Assembly (NCBI GenBank): GCA_032718475.1
Contig: JAUCBJ010000176.1
Coordinates: 1-64,000, forward strand
Source of the DNA: Nemertoderma westbladi
Taxonomy: Eukaryota > Animalia > Xenacoelomorpha
Direction of reading: 5' to 3'
Length of the DNA: 64,000 nucleotides
This document shows positions 48,501 through 63,500 of this stretch, one piece after another. The notes under the pieces were generated by a model. That model saw only the letters and a program-made list of their open reading frames with translations, ran no database searches and was not told the DNA's origin. Both the position numbers and the translations under genes were made by a program. Positions within the stretch are counted from its first letter, which is position 1; each line of letters starts with the position of its first letter.

Positions 48501-51500
48501 AAACGAGATAGGTCGGGGTTGAGACAAAACGAGATAGGTCGGGGTTGAGACAAAACGAGAACGAGATAGGTCGGGGTTAAGACAAAACCAGAACGAGATA
48601 GGTCGGGGTTGAGACAAAACGAGATAGGTAGGGGTTGAGACAAAACCAGAACGAGATAGGTCGGGGTTGAGACAAAACGAGATAGGTCGGGGTTGAGACA
48701 AAACGAGATAGGTCGGGGTTTAGACAAAACGAGATAGGTCGGGGTTTAGACAAAACGAGATAGGTTGGGGTTCAGACAAAACGAGAACGAGATAGGTCGG
48801 GGTTGAGACAAAACGCGATAGGTCGGGGTTGAGACAAAACGAGATAGGTCGGGGTTGAGACAAAACGAGAACGAGATAGGTCGGGGTTGAGACAAAACGA
48901 GAACGAGATAGGTCGGGGTTGAGACAAAACGAGAACGAGATAGGTCGGGGTTGAGACAAAACCAGAACGAGATAGGTCGGGGTTGAGACAAAACGAGAAC
49001 GAGATAGGTCGGGGTTGCGACAAAACCAGAACGAGATAGGTCGGGGTTAAGACAAAACCAAAACGAGATAGGTCGGGGTTGAGACAAAACGAGAACGAGA
49101 TAGGTCGGGGTTGAGACAAAACGAGAACGAGATAGGTCGGGGTTGAGACAAAACGAGAACGAGATAGGTCAGGGTTGAGACAAAACCAGAACGAGATAGG
49201 TCGGGGTTAAGACAAAACCAGAACGAGATAGGTCGGGGTTGAGACAAAACCAGAACGAGATAGGTCAGGGTTGAGACAAAACGAGATAGGTCGGGGTTGA
49301 GACAAAACCAGAACGAGATAGGTCAGGGTTGAGACAAAACGAGATAGGTCGGGGTTGAGACAAAACGAGATAGGTCGGGGTTGAGACAAAACCAGAACGA
49401 GATAGGTCGGGGTTGAGACAAAACCAGAACGAGATAGGTCGGGGTTGAGACAAAACGAGATAGGTCGGGGTTGAGACAAAACCAGAACGAGATAGGTCGG
49501 GGTTGAGACAAAACCAGAACGAGATAGGTCGGGGTTGAGACAAAACGAGATAGGTCGGGGTTGAGACAAAACCAGAACGAGATAGGTCAGGGTTGAGACA
49601 AAACGAGATAGGTCGGGGTTGAGACAAAACGAGATAGGTCGGGGTTGAGACAAAACCAGAACGAGATAGGTCGGGGTTGAGACAAAACGAGATAGGTCGG
49701 GGTTGAGACAAAACGAGATAGGTCGGGGTTGAGACAAAACCAGAACGAGATAGGTCGGGGTTGAGACAAAACGAGAACGAGATAGGTCGGGGTTGAGACA
49801 AAACCAGAACGAGATAGGTCGGGGTTGAGACAAAACCAGAACGAGATAGGTCGCGGTTGAGACAAAACCAGAACGAGATAGGTCGGGGTTGAGACAAAAC
49901 GAGAACGAGATAGGTCGGGGTTGAGACAAAACGAGATAGGTCGGGGTTGAGACAAAACCAGAACGAGATAGGTCGGGGTTGAGACAAAACCAGAACGAGA
50001 TAGGTCGGGGTTGAGACAAAACGAGATAGGTCGGGGTTTAGACGAAACCAGAACGAGATAGGTCGGGGTTGAGACAAAACGAGATAGGTCGGGGTTGAGA
50101 CAAAACGAGATAGGTCGGGGTTGAGACAAAACCAGAACGAGATAGGTCGGGGTTGAGACAAAACGAGATAGGTCGGGGTTCAGACAAAACCAGAACGAGA
50201 TAGGTCGGGGTTCAGACAAAACCAGAACGAGATAGGTCGGGGTTGAGACAAAACGAGATAGGTCGGGGTTGAGACAAAACGAGATAGGTCGGGGTTGAGA
50301 CAAAACGAGAACGAGATAGGTCGGGGTTGAGACAAAACGAGATAGGTCGGGGTTGAGACAAAACGAGAACGAGATAGGTCGGGGTTAAGACAAAACCAGA
50401 ACGAGATAGGTCGGGGTTGAGACAAAACGAGAACGAGATAGGTCGGGGTTGAGACAAAACGAGATAGGTCGGGGTTGAGACAAAACGAGAACGAGATAGG
50501 TCGGGGTTGAGACAAAACGAGATAGGTCGGGGTTGAGACAAAACGAGATAGGTCGGGGTTGAGACAAAACGAGATAGGTCGGGGTTGAGACAAAACGAGA
50601 ACGAGATAGGTCGGGGTTGAGACAAAACCAGAACGAGATAGGTCGGGGTTGAGACAAAACGAGATAGGTCGGGGTTGAGACAAAACCAGAACGAGATAGG
50701 TCGGGGTTGAGACAAAACGAGATAGGTCGGGGTTAAGACAAAACCAGAACGAGATAGGTCGGGGTTGAGACAAAACGAGATAGGTCGGGGTTGAGACAAA
50801 ACGAGAACGAGATAGGTCGGGGTTGAGACAAAACGAGATAGGTCGGGGTTGAGACAAAACGAGATAGGTCGGGGTTGAGACAAAACGAGAACGAGATAGG
50901 TCGGGGTTGAGACAAAACGAGATAGGTCGGGGTTGAGACAAAACGAGAACGAGATAGGTCGGGGTTGAGACAAAACGAGAACGAGATAGGTCGGGGTTGA
51001 GACAAAACGAGATAGGTCGGGGTTGAGACAAAACGAGATAGGTCGGGGTTGAGACAAAACGAGAACGAGATAGGTCGGGGTTAAGACAAAACCAGAACGA
51101 GATAGGTCGGGGTTGAGACAAAACCAGAACGAGATAGGTCGGGGTTGAGACAAAACCAGAACGAGATAGGTCGGGGTTGAGACAAAACGAGATAGGTCGG
51201 GGTTTAGACGAAACCAGAACGAGATAGGTCGGGGTTGAGACAAAACCAGAACGAGATAGGTCGGGGTTGAGACAAAACGAGATAGGTCGGGGTTGAGACA
51301 AAACGAGATAGGTCGGGGTTGAGACAAAACCAGAACGAGATAGGTCGGGGTTGAGACAAAACGAGATAGGTCGGGGTTGAGACGAAACGAGATAGGTCGG
51401 GGTTGAGACAAAACCAGAACGAGATAGGTCGGGGTTGAGACAAAACGAGATAGGTCGGGGTTGAGACAAAACGAGATAGGTCGGGGTTGAGACAAAACCA

Positions 51501-54500
51501 GAACGAGATAGGTCAGGGTTGAGACAAAACGAGAACGAGATAGGTCGGGGTTGAGACAAAACGAGAACGAGATAGGTCGGGGTTGAGACGAAACGAGATA
51601 GGTCGGGGTTGAGACAAAACGAGATAGGTCGGGGTTGAGACAAAACGAGAACGAGATAGGTCGGGGTTGAGACGAAACGAGATAGGTCGGGGTTGAGACA
51701 AAACGAGATAGGTCGGGGTTGAGACAAAACAAGAACGAGATAGGTCGGGGTTGAGACAAAACCAGAACGAGATAGGTCGGGGTTGAGACGAAACGAGATA
51801 GGTCGGGGTTGAGACAAAACGAGATAGGTCGGGGTTGAGACAAAACCAGAACGATATAGGTCGGGGTTGAGACAAAACGAGATAGGTCGGGGTTGAGACA
51901 AAACGAGAACGAGATAGGTCGGGGTTATGACAAAACCAGAACGAGATAGGTCGGGGTTGAGACAAAACCAGAACGAGATAGGTCGGGGTTGAGACAAAAC
52001 GAGATAAGTCGGGGTTTAGACGAAACCAGAACGAGATAGGTTGGGGTTGAGACAAAACCAGAACGAGATAGGTCGGGGTTGAGACAAAACGAGATAGGTC
52101 GGGGTTGAGACAAAACGAGATAGGTCGGGGTTGAGACAAAACCAGAACGAGATAGGTCGGGGTTGAGACAAAACGAGATAGGTCGGGGTTGAGACGAAAC
52201 GAGATAGGTCGGGGTTGAGACAAAACCAGAACGAGATAGGTTGGGGTTGAGACAAAACGAGATAGGTCGGGGTTGAGACGAAACGAGATAGGTCGGGGTT
52301 GAGACAAAACCAGAACGAGATAGGTCGGGGTTGAGACAAAACGAGATAGGTCGGGGTTGAGACGAAACGAGATAGGTCGGGGTTAAGACAAAACCAGAAC
52401 GAGATAGGGCGGTGTTGAGACAAAACCAGAACGAGATAGGTCGGGGTTGAGACAAAACGAGATAGGTCAGGGTTGAGACAAAACCAGAACGAGATAGGTC
52501 GGGGTTGAGACAAAACCAGAACTAGATAGGTCGGGGTTGAGACAAAACGAGAACGAGATAGGTCGGGGTTGAGACAAAACGAAACGAGATAGGTCGGGGT
52601 TGAGACAAAACGAAACGAGATAGGTCGGGGTTGAGACAAAACCAGAATGAGATAGGTCGGGGTTGAGACGAAACGAGATAGGTCGGGGTTGAGACAAAAC
52701 CAGAACGAGATAGGTCGGGGTTGAGACAAAACGAGATAGGTCGGGGTTGAGACAAAACCAGAACGAGATAGGTCGGGGTTGAGACAAAACGAGATAGGTC
52801 GGGGTTGAGACGAAACGAGATAGGTCGGGGTTGAGACGAAACGAGATAGGTCGGGGTTGAGACAAAACCAGAACGAGATAGGTCGGGGTTGAGACAAAAC
52901 CAGAACGAGAAAGGTCGGGGTTGAGACAAAACGAGATAGGTCGGGGTTGAGACGAAACGAGATAGGTCGGGGTTGAGACAAAACCAGAACGAGATAGGTC
53001 GGGGTTAAGACAAAACCAGAACGAGATAGGTCGGGGTTGAGACAAAACCAGAACGAGATAGGTCGGGTTGAGACAAAACGAGATAGGTCGGGGTTGAGAC
53101 AAAACGAGAACGAGATAGGTCGGGGTTGAGACAAAACGAAACGAGATAGGTCGGGGTTGAGACAAAACGAAACGAGATAGGTCGGGGTTGAGACAAAACC
53201 AGAATGAGATAGGTCGGGGTTGAGACGAAACGAGATAGGTCGGGGTTGAGACAAAACCAGAACGAGATAGGTCGGGGTTGAGATAAAACGAGATAGGTCG
53301 GGGTTGAGACAAAACCAGAACGAGATAGGTCGGGGTTGAGACGAAACGAGATAGGTCGGGGTTGAGACAAAACGAGATAGGTCGGGGTTGAGACAAAACC
53401 AGAACGAGATAGGTCGGGGTTGAGACAAAACGAGATAGGTCGGGGTTGAGACGAAACGAGATAGGTCGGGGTTGAGACAAAACCAGAACGAGATAGGTCG
53501 GGGTTAAGACAAAACCAGAACGAGATAGGTCGGTGTTGAGACAAAACCAGAACGAGATAGGTCGGGGTTCAGACAAAACCAGAATGAGATAGGTCGGGGT
53601 TGAGACGAAACGAGATAGGTCGGGGTTGAGACAAAACGAAACGAGATAGGTCGGGGTTGAGACAAAACCAGAATGAGATAGGTCGGGGTTGATACGAAAC
53701 GAGATAGGTCGGGGTTGAGACAAAACCAGAACGAGATAGGTCGGGGTTGAGACAAAACGAGATCGGTCGGGGTTGAGACAAAACGAAACGAGATAGGTCG
53801 GGGTTGAGACAAAACCAGAATGAGATAGGTCGGGGTTGAGACAAAACGAGATAGGTCGGGGTTGAGACGAAACGAGATAGGTCGGGGTTGAGACAAAACC
53901 AGAACGAGATAGGTCGGGGTTGAGACAAAACGAGATAGGTCGGGGTTGAGACAAAACGAAACGAGATAGGTCGGGGTTGAGACAAAACCAGAATGAGATA
54001 GGTCGGGGTTGAGACAAAACGAGATAGGTCGGGGTTGAGACGAAACGAGATAGGTCGGGGTTGAGACAAAACCAGAACGAGATAGGTCGGGGTTGAGACA
54101 AAACTAGAATGAGATAGGTCGGGGTTGATACGAAACGAGATAGGTCGGGGTTGAGACAAAACCAGAACGAGATAGGTCGGGGATGAGACAAAACGAGATC
54201 GGTCGGGGTTGAGACAAAACGAAACGAGATAGGTCGGGGTTGAGACAAAACCAGAATGAGATAGGTCGGGGTTGAGACAAAACGAGATAGGTCGGGGTTG
54301 AGACGAAACGAGATAGGTCGGGGTTGAGACAAAACCAGAACGAGATAGGTCGGGGTTGAGACAAAACGAGATAGGTCGGGGTTGAGACGAAACGAGATAG
54401 GTCGGGGTTGAGACAAAACCAGAACGAGATAGGTCGGGGTTAAGACAAAACCAGAACGAGATAGGTCGGGGTTGAGACAAAACGAGATAGGTCGGGGTTG

Positions 54501-57500
54501 AGACAAAACGAGATAGGTCGGGGTTGAGACAAAACCAGAACGAGATAGGTCGGGGTTGAGACAAAACGAGATAGGTCGGGGTTGAAACGAAACGAGATAG
54601 GTCGGGGTTGAGACAAAACCAGAACGAGATAGGTCGGGGTTAAGACAAAACCAGAACGAGATAGGTCGGGGTTGAGACAAAACGAGATAGGTCGGGTTGA
54701 GACAAAACCAGAACGAGAAAGGTCGGGGTTGAGACAAAACGAAACGAGATAGGTCGGGGTTGAGACAAAACGAAACGAGATAGGTCGGGGTTGAGACAAA
54801 ACCAGAATGAGATAGGTCGGGGTTGAGACGAAACGAGATAGGTCGGGGTTGAGACAAAACGGAACGAGATAGGTCGGGGTTGAGATAAAACCAGAATGAG
54901 ATAGGTCGGGGTTGAGACAAAACCAGAACGAGATAGGTCGGGGTTCAGACAAAACCAGAATGAGATAGGTCGGGGTTGAGACGAAACGAGATAGGTCGGG
55001 GTTGAGACAAAACGAAACGAGATAGGTCGGGGTTGAGACAAAACCAGAATGAGATAGGTCGGGGTTGATACGAAACGAGATAGGTCGAGGTTGAGACAAA
55101 ACCAGAACGAGATAGGTCGGGGTTGAGACAAAACGAGATCGGTCGGGGTTGAGACAAAACGAAACGAGATAGGTCGGGGTTGAGACAAAACCAGAATGAG
55201 ATAGGTCGGGGTTGAGACAAAACGAGATAGGTCGGGGTTGAGACGAAACGAGATAGGTCGGGGTTGAGACAAAACCAGAACGAGATAGGTCGGGGTTGAG
55301 ACAAAACGAGATAGGTCGGGGTTGAGACAACACGAAACGAGATAGGTCGGGGTTGAGACAAAACCAGAATGAGATAGGTCGGGGTTGATACGAAACGAGA
55401 TAGGTCGGGGTTGAGACAAAACCAGAACGAGATAGGTCGGTGTTGAGACAAAACGAGATCGGTCGGGGTTGAGACAAAACGAAACGAGATAGGTCGGGGT
55501 TGAGACAAAACCAGAATGAGATAGGTCGGGGTTGAGACAAAACGAGATAGGTCGGGGTTGAGACGAAACGAGATAGGTCGGGGTTGAGACAAAACCAGAA
55601 CGAGATAGGTCGGGGTTGAGACAAAACGAGATAGGTCGGGGTTGAGACGAAACGAGATAGGTCGGGGTTGAGACAAAACCAGAACGAGATAGGTCGGGGT
55701 TAAGACAAAACCAGAACGAGATAGGTCGGGATTGAGACAAAACGAGATAGGTCGGGGTTGAGACAAAACGAGATAGGTCGGGGTTGAGACAAAACCAGAA
55801 CGAGATAGGTCGGGGTTGAGACAAAACGAGATAGGTCGGGGTTGAGACGAAACGAGATAGGTCGGGGTTGAGACAAAACCAGAACGAGATAGGTCGGGGA
55901 TAAGACAAAACCAGAACGAGATAGGTCGGGGTTGAGACAAAACGAGATAGGTCGGGTTGAGACAAAACCAGAACGAGAAAGGTCGGGGTTGAGACAAAAC
56001 GAAACGAGATAGGTCGGGGTTGAGACAAAACGAAACGAGATAGGTCGGGGTTGAGACAAAACCAGAATGAGATAGGTCGGGGTTGAGACGAAACGAGATA
56101 GGTCGGGGTTGAGACAAAACGGAACGAGATAGGTCGGGGTTGAGATAAAACCAGAATGAGATAGGTCGGGGTTGAGACGAAACGAGATAGGTCGGGGTTG
56201 AGACAAAACCAGAACGAGATAGGTCGGGGTTGAGACAAAACGAGATAGGTCGGGGTTGAGACAAAACCAGAACGAGATAGGTCGGGGTTGAGACAAAAAG
56301 AGATAGGTCGGGGTTGAGACGAAACGAGATAGGTCGGGGTTGAGACAAAACCAGAATGAGATAGGTCGGGGTTGAGACGAAACGAGATAGGTCGGGGTTG
56401 AGACAAAACCAGAACGAGATAGGTCGGGGTTGAGACAAAACGAGATAGGTCGGGGTTGAGACAAAACCAGAACGATATAGGTCGGGGTTGAGACAAAACG
56501 AGATAGGTCGGGGTTGAGACAAAACCAGAACGAGATAGGTCGGGGTTGAGACAAAACGAGATCGGTCGGGGTTGAGACAAAACGAAACGAGATAGGTCGG
56601 GGTTGAGACAAAACCAGAACGAGATAGGTCGGGGTTGAGACAAAACGAGATAGGTCGGGGTTGAGACGAAACGAGATAGGTCGGGGTTGAGACAAAACGA
56701 GATAGGTCGGGGTTGAGACGAAACGAGATAGGTCGGGGTTGAGACAAAACCAGAACGAGATAGGTCGGGGTTGAGACAAAACGAGATAGGTCGGGGTTGA
56801 GACAACACGAAACGAGATAGGTCGGGGTTGAGACAAAACCAGAATGAGATAGGTCGGGGTTGATACGAAACGAGATAGGTCGGGGTTGAGACAAAACCAG
56901 AACGAGATAGGTCGGTGTTGAGACAAAACGAGATCGGTCGGGGTTGAGACAAAACGAAACGAGATAGGTCGGGGTTGAGACAAAACCAGAATGAGATAGG
57001 TCGGGGTTGAGACAAAACGAGATAGGTCGGGGTTGAGACGAAACGAGATAGGTCGGGGTTGAGACAAAACCAGAACGAGATAGGTCGGGGTTGAGACAAA
57101 ACGAGATAGGTCGGGGTTGAGACGAAACGAGATAGGTCGGGGTTGAGACAAAACCAGAACGAGATAGGTCGGGGTTAAGACAAAACCAGAACGAGATAGG
57201 TCGGGGTTGAGACAAAACGAGATAGGTCGGGGTTGAGACAAAACGAGATAGGTCGGGGTTGAGACAAAACCAGAACGAGATAGGTCGGGGTTGAGACAAA
57301 ACGAGATAGGTCGGGGTTGAGACGAAACGAGATAGGTCGGGGTTGAGACAAAACCAGAACGAGATAGGTCGGGGTTGAGACAAAACGAAACGAGATAGGT
57401 CGGGGTTGAGACAAAACCAGAATGAGATAGGTCGGGGTTGAGACAAAACGAGATAGGTCGGGGTTGAGACGAAACGAGATAGGTCGGGGTTGAGACAAAA

Positions 57501-60500
57501 CCAGAACGAGATAGGTCGGGGTTGAGACAAAACGAGATAGGTCGGGGTTGAGACGAAACGAGATAGGTCGGGGTTGAGACAAAACCAGAACGAGATAGGT
57601 CGGGGTTAAGACAAAACCAGAACGAGATAGGTCGGGGTTGAGACAAAACGAGATAGGTCGGGGTTGAGACGAAACGAGATAGGTCGGGGTTGAGACAAAA
57701 CCAGAACGAGATAGGTCGGGGTTAAGACAAAACCAGAACGAGATAGGTCGGGGTTGAGACAAAACGAGATAGGTCGGGTTGAGACAAAACCAGAACGAGA
57801 AAGGTCGGGGTTGAGACAAAACGAAACGAGATAGGTCGGGGTTGAGACAAAACGAAACGAGATAGGTCGGGGTTGAGACAAAACCAGAATGAGATAGGTC
57901 GGGGTTGAGACGAAACGAGATAGGTCGGGGTTGAGACAAAACGGAACGAGATAGGTCGGGGTTGAGATAAAACCAGAATGAGATAGGTCGGGGTTGAGAC
58001 AAAACGAAACGAGATAGGTCGGGGTTGAGACAAAACCAGAATGAGATAGGTCGGGGTTGAGACAAAACGAGATAGGTCGGGGTTGAGACGAAACGAGATA
58101 GGTCGGGGTTGAGACAAAACCAGAACGAGATAGGTCGGGGTTGAGACAAAACGAGATAGGTCGGGGTTGAGACGAAACGAGATAGGTCGGGGTTGAGACA
58201 AAACCAGAACGAGATAGGTCGGGGTTAAGACAAAACCAGAACGAGATAGGTCGGGGTTGAGACAAAACGAGATAGGTCGGGGTTGAGACAAAACGAGATA
58301 GGTCGGGGTTGAGACAAAACCAGAACGAGATAGGTCGGGGTTGAGACAAAACGAGATAGGTCGGGGTTGAGACGAAACGAGATAGGTCGGGGTTGAGACA
58401 AAACCAGAACGAGATAGGTCGGGGTTGAGACAAAACGAAACGAGATAGGTCGGGGTTGAGACAAAACCAGAATGAGATAGGTCGGGGTTGAGACAAAACG
58501 AGATAGGTCGGGGTTGAGACGAAACGAGATAGGTCGGGGTTGAGACAAAACCAGAACGAGATAGGTCGGGGTTGAGACAAAACGAGATAGGTCGGGGTTG
58601 AGACGAAACGAGATAGGTCGGGGTTGAGACAAAACCAGAACGAGATAGGTCGGGGTTAAGACAAAACCAGAACGAGATAGGTCGGGGTTGAGACAAAACG
58701 AGATAGGTCGGGGTTGAGACGAAACGAGATAGGTCGGGGTTGAGACAAAACCAGAACGAGATAGGTCGGGGTTAAGACAAAACCAGAACGAGATAGGTCG
58801 GGGTTGAGACAAAACGAGATAGGTCGGGTTGAGACAAAACCAGAACGAGAAAGGTCGGGGTTGAGACAAAACGAAACGAGATAGGTCGGGGTTGAGACAA
58901 AACGAAACGAGATAGGTCGGGGTTGAGACAAAACCAGAATGAGATAGGTCGGGGTTGAGACGAAACGAGATAGGTCGGGGTTGAGACAAAACGGAACGAG
59001 ATAGGTCGGGGTTGAGATAAAACCAGAATGAGATAGGTCGGGGTTGAGACGAAACGAGATAGGTCGGGGTTGAGACAAAACCAGAACGAGATAGGTCGGG
59101 GTTGAGACAAAACGAGATAGGTCGGGGTTGAGACAAAACCAGAACGAGATAGGTCGGGGTTGAGACAAAAAGAGATTGGTCGGGGTAGAGACGAAACGAG
59201 ATAGGTCGGGGTTGAGACAAAACCAGAATGAGATAGGTCGGGGTTGAGACGAAACGAGATAGGTCGGGGTTGAGACAAAACCAGAACGAGATAGGTCGGG
59301 GTTGAGACAAAACGAGATAGGTCGGGGTTGAGACAAAACCAGAACGATATAGGTCGGGGTTGAGACAAAACGAGATAGGTCGGGGTTGAGACAAAACGAG
59401 ATAGGTCGGGGTTGTGACAAAACGAGATAGGTCTGGGTTGAGACAAAACGAGATAGGTCGGGGTTGAGACAAAACGAGATAGGTCGGGGTTGAGACAAAA
59501 CGAGATAGGTCGGGGTTGAGACAAAACAAGATAGGTCGGGGTTGAGACAACACGAGATAGGTCGGGGTTGAGACAAAACGAGTAGGTCGGGGTTGAGACA
59601 ATACGAGATAGGTCGGGGTTGAGACAAAACGAGATAGGTCGGGGTTGAGACAAAACGAGATAGGTCGGGGTTGAGACAAAACAAGATAGGTCGGGGTTGA
59701 GACAACACGAGATAGGTCGGGGTTGAGACAAAACGAGTAGGTCGGGGTTGAGACAAAACCAGAACGAGATAGGTCAGGGTTGAGACAAAACGAGATAGGT
59801 CGGGGTTGAGACAAAACGAGATAGGTCGGGGTTGAGACAAAACGAGATAGGTCGGGGTTGAGACAAAACCAGAACGAGATAGGTCGCGGTTGAGACAAAA
59901 CGAGAACGAGATAGGTCGGGGTTGAGACAAAACGAGATAGGTCGGGGTTGAGACAAAACGAGAACGAGATAGGTCGGGGTTCAGACAAAACCAGAACGAG
60001 ATAGGTCGGGGTTCAGACAAAACCAGAACGAGATAGGTCGGGGTTGAGACAAAACGAGATAGGTCGGGGTTGAGACAAAACCAGAACGAGATAGGTCGGG
60101 GTTGAGACAACACGAGAACGATATAGGTCGGGGTTGAGACAAAACGAGATAGGTCGGGGTTGAGACAAAACGAGAACGAGATAGGTAGGGGTTGAGACAA
60201 AACGAGAACGAGATAGGTCGGGGTTGAGACAAAACGAGATAGGTCGGGGTTGAGACAATACGAGAACGAGATAGGTCGGGGTTGAGACAAAACGAGATAG
60301 GTCTGGGTTGAGACAAAACGAGAACGAGATAGTTCGGGGTTGAGACAAAACCAGAACGAGATAGGTCAGGGTTGAGACAAAACGAGATAGGTCGGGTTGA
60401 GACAACACGAGATAGGTCGGGGTTGAGACAAAACGAGTAGGTCGGGGTTGAGACAAAACCAGAACGAGATAGGTCGGGGTTGAGACAAAACCAGAACGAG

Positions 60501-63500
60501 TTAGGTCGGGGTTGAGACAAAACGAGATAGGTCGGGGTTGAGACAAAACGAGATAGGTCGGGGTTGAGACAAAACAAGATAGGTCGGGGTTGAGTCAACA
60601 CGAGATAGGTCGGGGTTGAGACAAAACGAGTAGGTCGGGGTTGAGACAAAACCAGAACGAGATAGGTCAGGGTTGAGACAAAACGAGATAGGTCGGGGTT
60701 GAGACAAAACGAGATAGGTCGGGGTTGAGACAAAACGAGATAGGTCGGGGTTGAGACAAAACCAGAACGAGATAGGTCGGGGTTGAGACAAAACGAGAAC
60801 GAGATAGGTCGGGGTTCAGACAAAACCAGAACGAGATAGGTCGGGGTTCAGACAAAACCAGAACGAGATAGGTCGGGGTTGAGAAAAAATGATATAGGTC
60901 GGGGTTGAGACAAAACGAGATAGGTCGGGATTGAGACAAAACGAGAACGAGATAGGTCGGGGTTGAGACAAAACGAGAACGAGATAGGTCGGGGTTGAGA
61001 CAAAACGAGAACGAGATAGGTTGGGGTTGAGACGAAACCAGAACGAGATAGGTCGGGGTTGAGACAAAACGAGATAGGTCGGGGTTGAGACAAAACGAGA
61101 ACGAGATAGGTAGGGGTTGAGACAAAACGAGAACGAGATAGGTCGGGGTTGAGACAAAACGAGATAGGTCGGGGTTGAGACAATACGAGAACGAGATAGG
61201 TCGGGGTTGAGACAAAACGAGATAGGTCGGGGTTGAGACAAAACGAGAACGAGATAGGTCGGGGTTGAGACAAAACCAGAACGAGATAGGTCAGGGTTGA
61301 GACAAAACGAGATAGGTCGGGTTGAGACAACACGAGATAGGTCGGGGTTGAGACAAAACGAGTAGGTCGGGGTTGAGACAAAACCAGAACGAGATAGGTC
61401 GGGGTTGAGACAAAACCAGAACGAGTTAGGTCGGGGTTGAGACAAAACGAGATAGGTCGGGGTTGAGACAAAACGAGATAGGTCGGGGTTGAGACAAAAC
61501 AAGATAGGTCGGGGTTGAGTCAACACGAGATAGGTCGGGGTTGAGACAAAACGAGTAGGTCGGGGTTGAGACAAAACCAGAACGAGATAGGTCAGGGTTG
61601 AGACAAAACGAGATAGGTCGGGGTTGAGACAAAACGAGATAGGTCGGGGTTGAGACAAAACGAGATAGGTCGGGGTTGAGACAAAACCAGAACGAGATAG
61701 GTCGGGGTTGAGACAAAACGAGAACGAGATAGGTCGGGGTTCAGACAAAACCAGAACGAGATAGGTCGGGGTTCAGACAAAACCAGAACGAGATAGGTCG
61801 GGGTTGAGAAAAAATGATATAGGTCGGGGTTGAGACAAAACGAGATAGGTCGGGATTGAGACAAAACGAGAACGAGATAGGTCGGGGTTGAGACAAAACG
61901 AGAACGAGATAGGTCGGGGTTGAGACAAAACGAGAACGAGATAGGTCGGGGTTGAGACGAAACCAGAACGAGATAGGTCGGGGTTGAGACAAAACGAGAT
62001 AGGTCGGGGTTGAGACAAAACCAGAACGAGATAGGTCGGGGTTGAGACAAAACGAGAACGAGATAGGTCGGGGTTGAGACAAAACAGAACGAGATAGGTC
62101 GGGGTTGAGACAAAACGAGATAGGTCGGGGTTGAGACAAAACGAAACGAGATAGGTCGGGGTTGAGACAAAACCAGAACGAGATAGGTCGGGGTTGAGAC
62201 AAAACGAGATAGGTCGGGGTTGAGACGAAACGAGATAGGTCGGGGTTGAGACAAAACGAGATAGGTCGGGGTTGAGACAGAAACGAGATAGGTCGGGGTT
62301 GAGACAAAACCAGAACGAGATAGGTCGGGGTTGAGACAAAACGAGATAGGTCGGGGTTGAGACAAAACGAAACGAGATAGGTCGGGGTTGAGACAAAACC
62401 AGAATGAGATAGGTCGGGGTTGATACGAAACGAGATAGGTCGGGGTTGAGACAAAACCAGAACGAGATAGGTCGGGGTTGAGACAAAACGAGATCGGTCG
62501 GGGTTGAGACAAAACGAAACGAGATAGGTCGGGGTTGAGACAAAACCAGAATGAGATAGGTCGGGGTTGAGACAAAACGAGATAGGTCGGGGTTGAGACG
62601 AAACGAGATAGGTCGGGGTTGAGACAAAACCAGAACGAGATAGGTCGGGGTTGAGACAAAACGAGATAGGTCGGGGTTGAGACGAAACGAGATAGGTCGG
62701 GGTTGAGACAAAACCAGAACGAGATAGGTCGGGGTTAAGACAAAACCAGAACGAGATAGGTCGGGGTTGAGACAAAACGAGATAGGTCGGGGTTGAGACA
62801 AAACGAGATAGGTCGGGGTTGAGACAAAACCAGAACGAGATAGGTCGGGGTTGAGACAAAACGAGATAGGTCGGGGTTGAGACGAAACGAGATAGGTCGG
62901 GGTTGAGACAAAACCAGAACGAGATAGGTCGGGGTTGAGACAAAACGAAACGAGATAGGTCGGGGTTGAGACAAAACCAGAATGAGATAGGTCGGGGTTG
63001 AGACAAAACGAGATAGGTCGGGGTTGAGACGAAACGAGATAGGTCGGGGTTGAGACAAAACCAGAACGAGATAGGTCGGGGTTGAGACAAAACGAGATAG
63101 GTCGGGGTTGAGACGAAACGAGATAGGTCGGGGTTGAGACAAAACCAGAACGAGATAGGTCGGGGTTAAGACAAAACCAGAACGAGATAGGTCGGGGTTG
63201 AGACAAAACGAGATAGGTCGGGGTTGAGACAAAACGAGATAGGTCGGGGTTGAGACAAAACCAGAACGAGATAGGTCGGGGTTGAGACAAAACGAGATAG
63301 GTCGGGGTTGAGACGAAACGAGATAGGTCGGGGTTGAGACAAAACCAGAACGAGATAGGTCGGGGTTAAGACAAAACCAGAACGAGATAGGTCGGGGTTG
63401 AGACAAAACGAGATAGGTCGGGTTGAGACAAAACCAGAACGAGAAAGGTCGGGGTTGAGACAAAACGAAACGAGATAGGTCGGGGTTGAGACAAAACGAA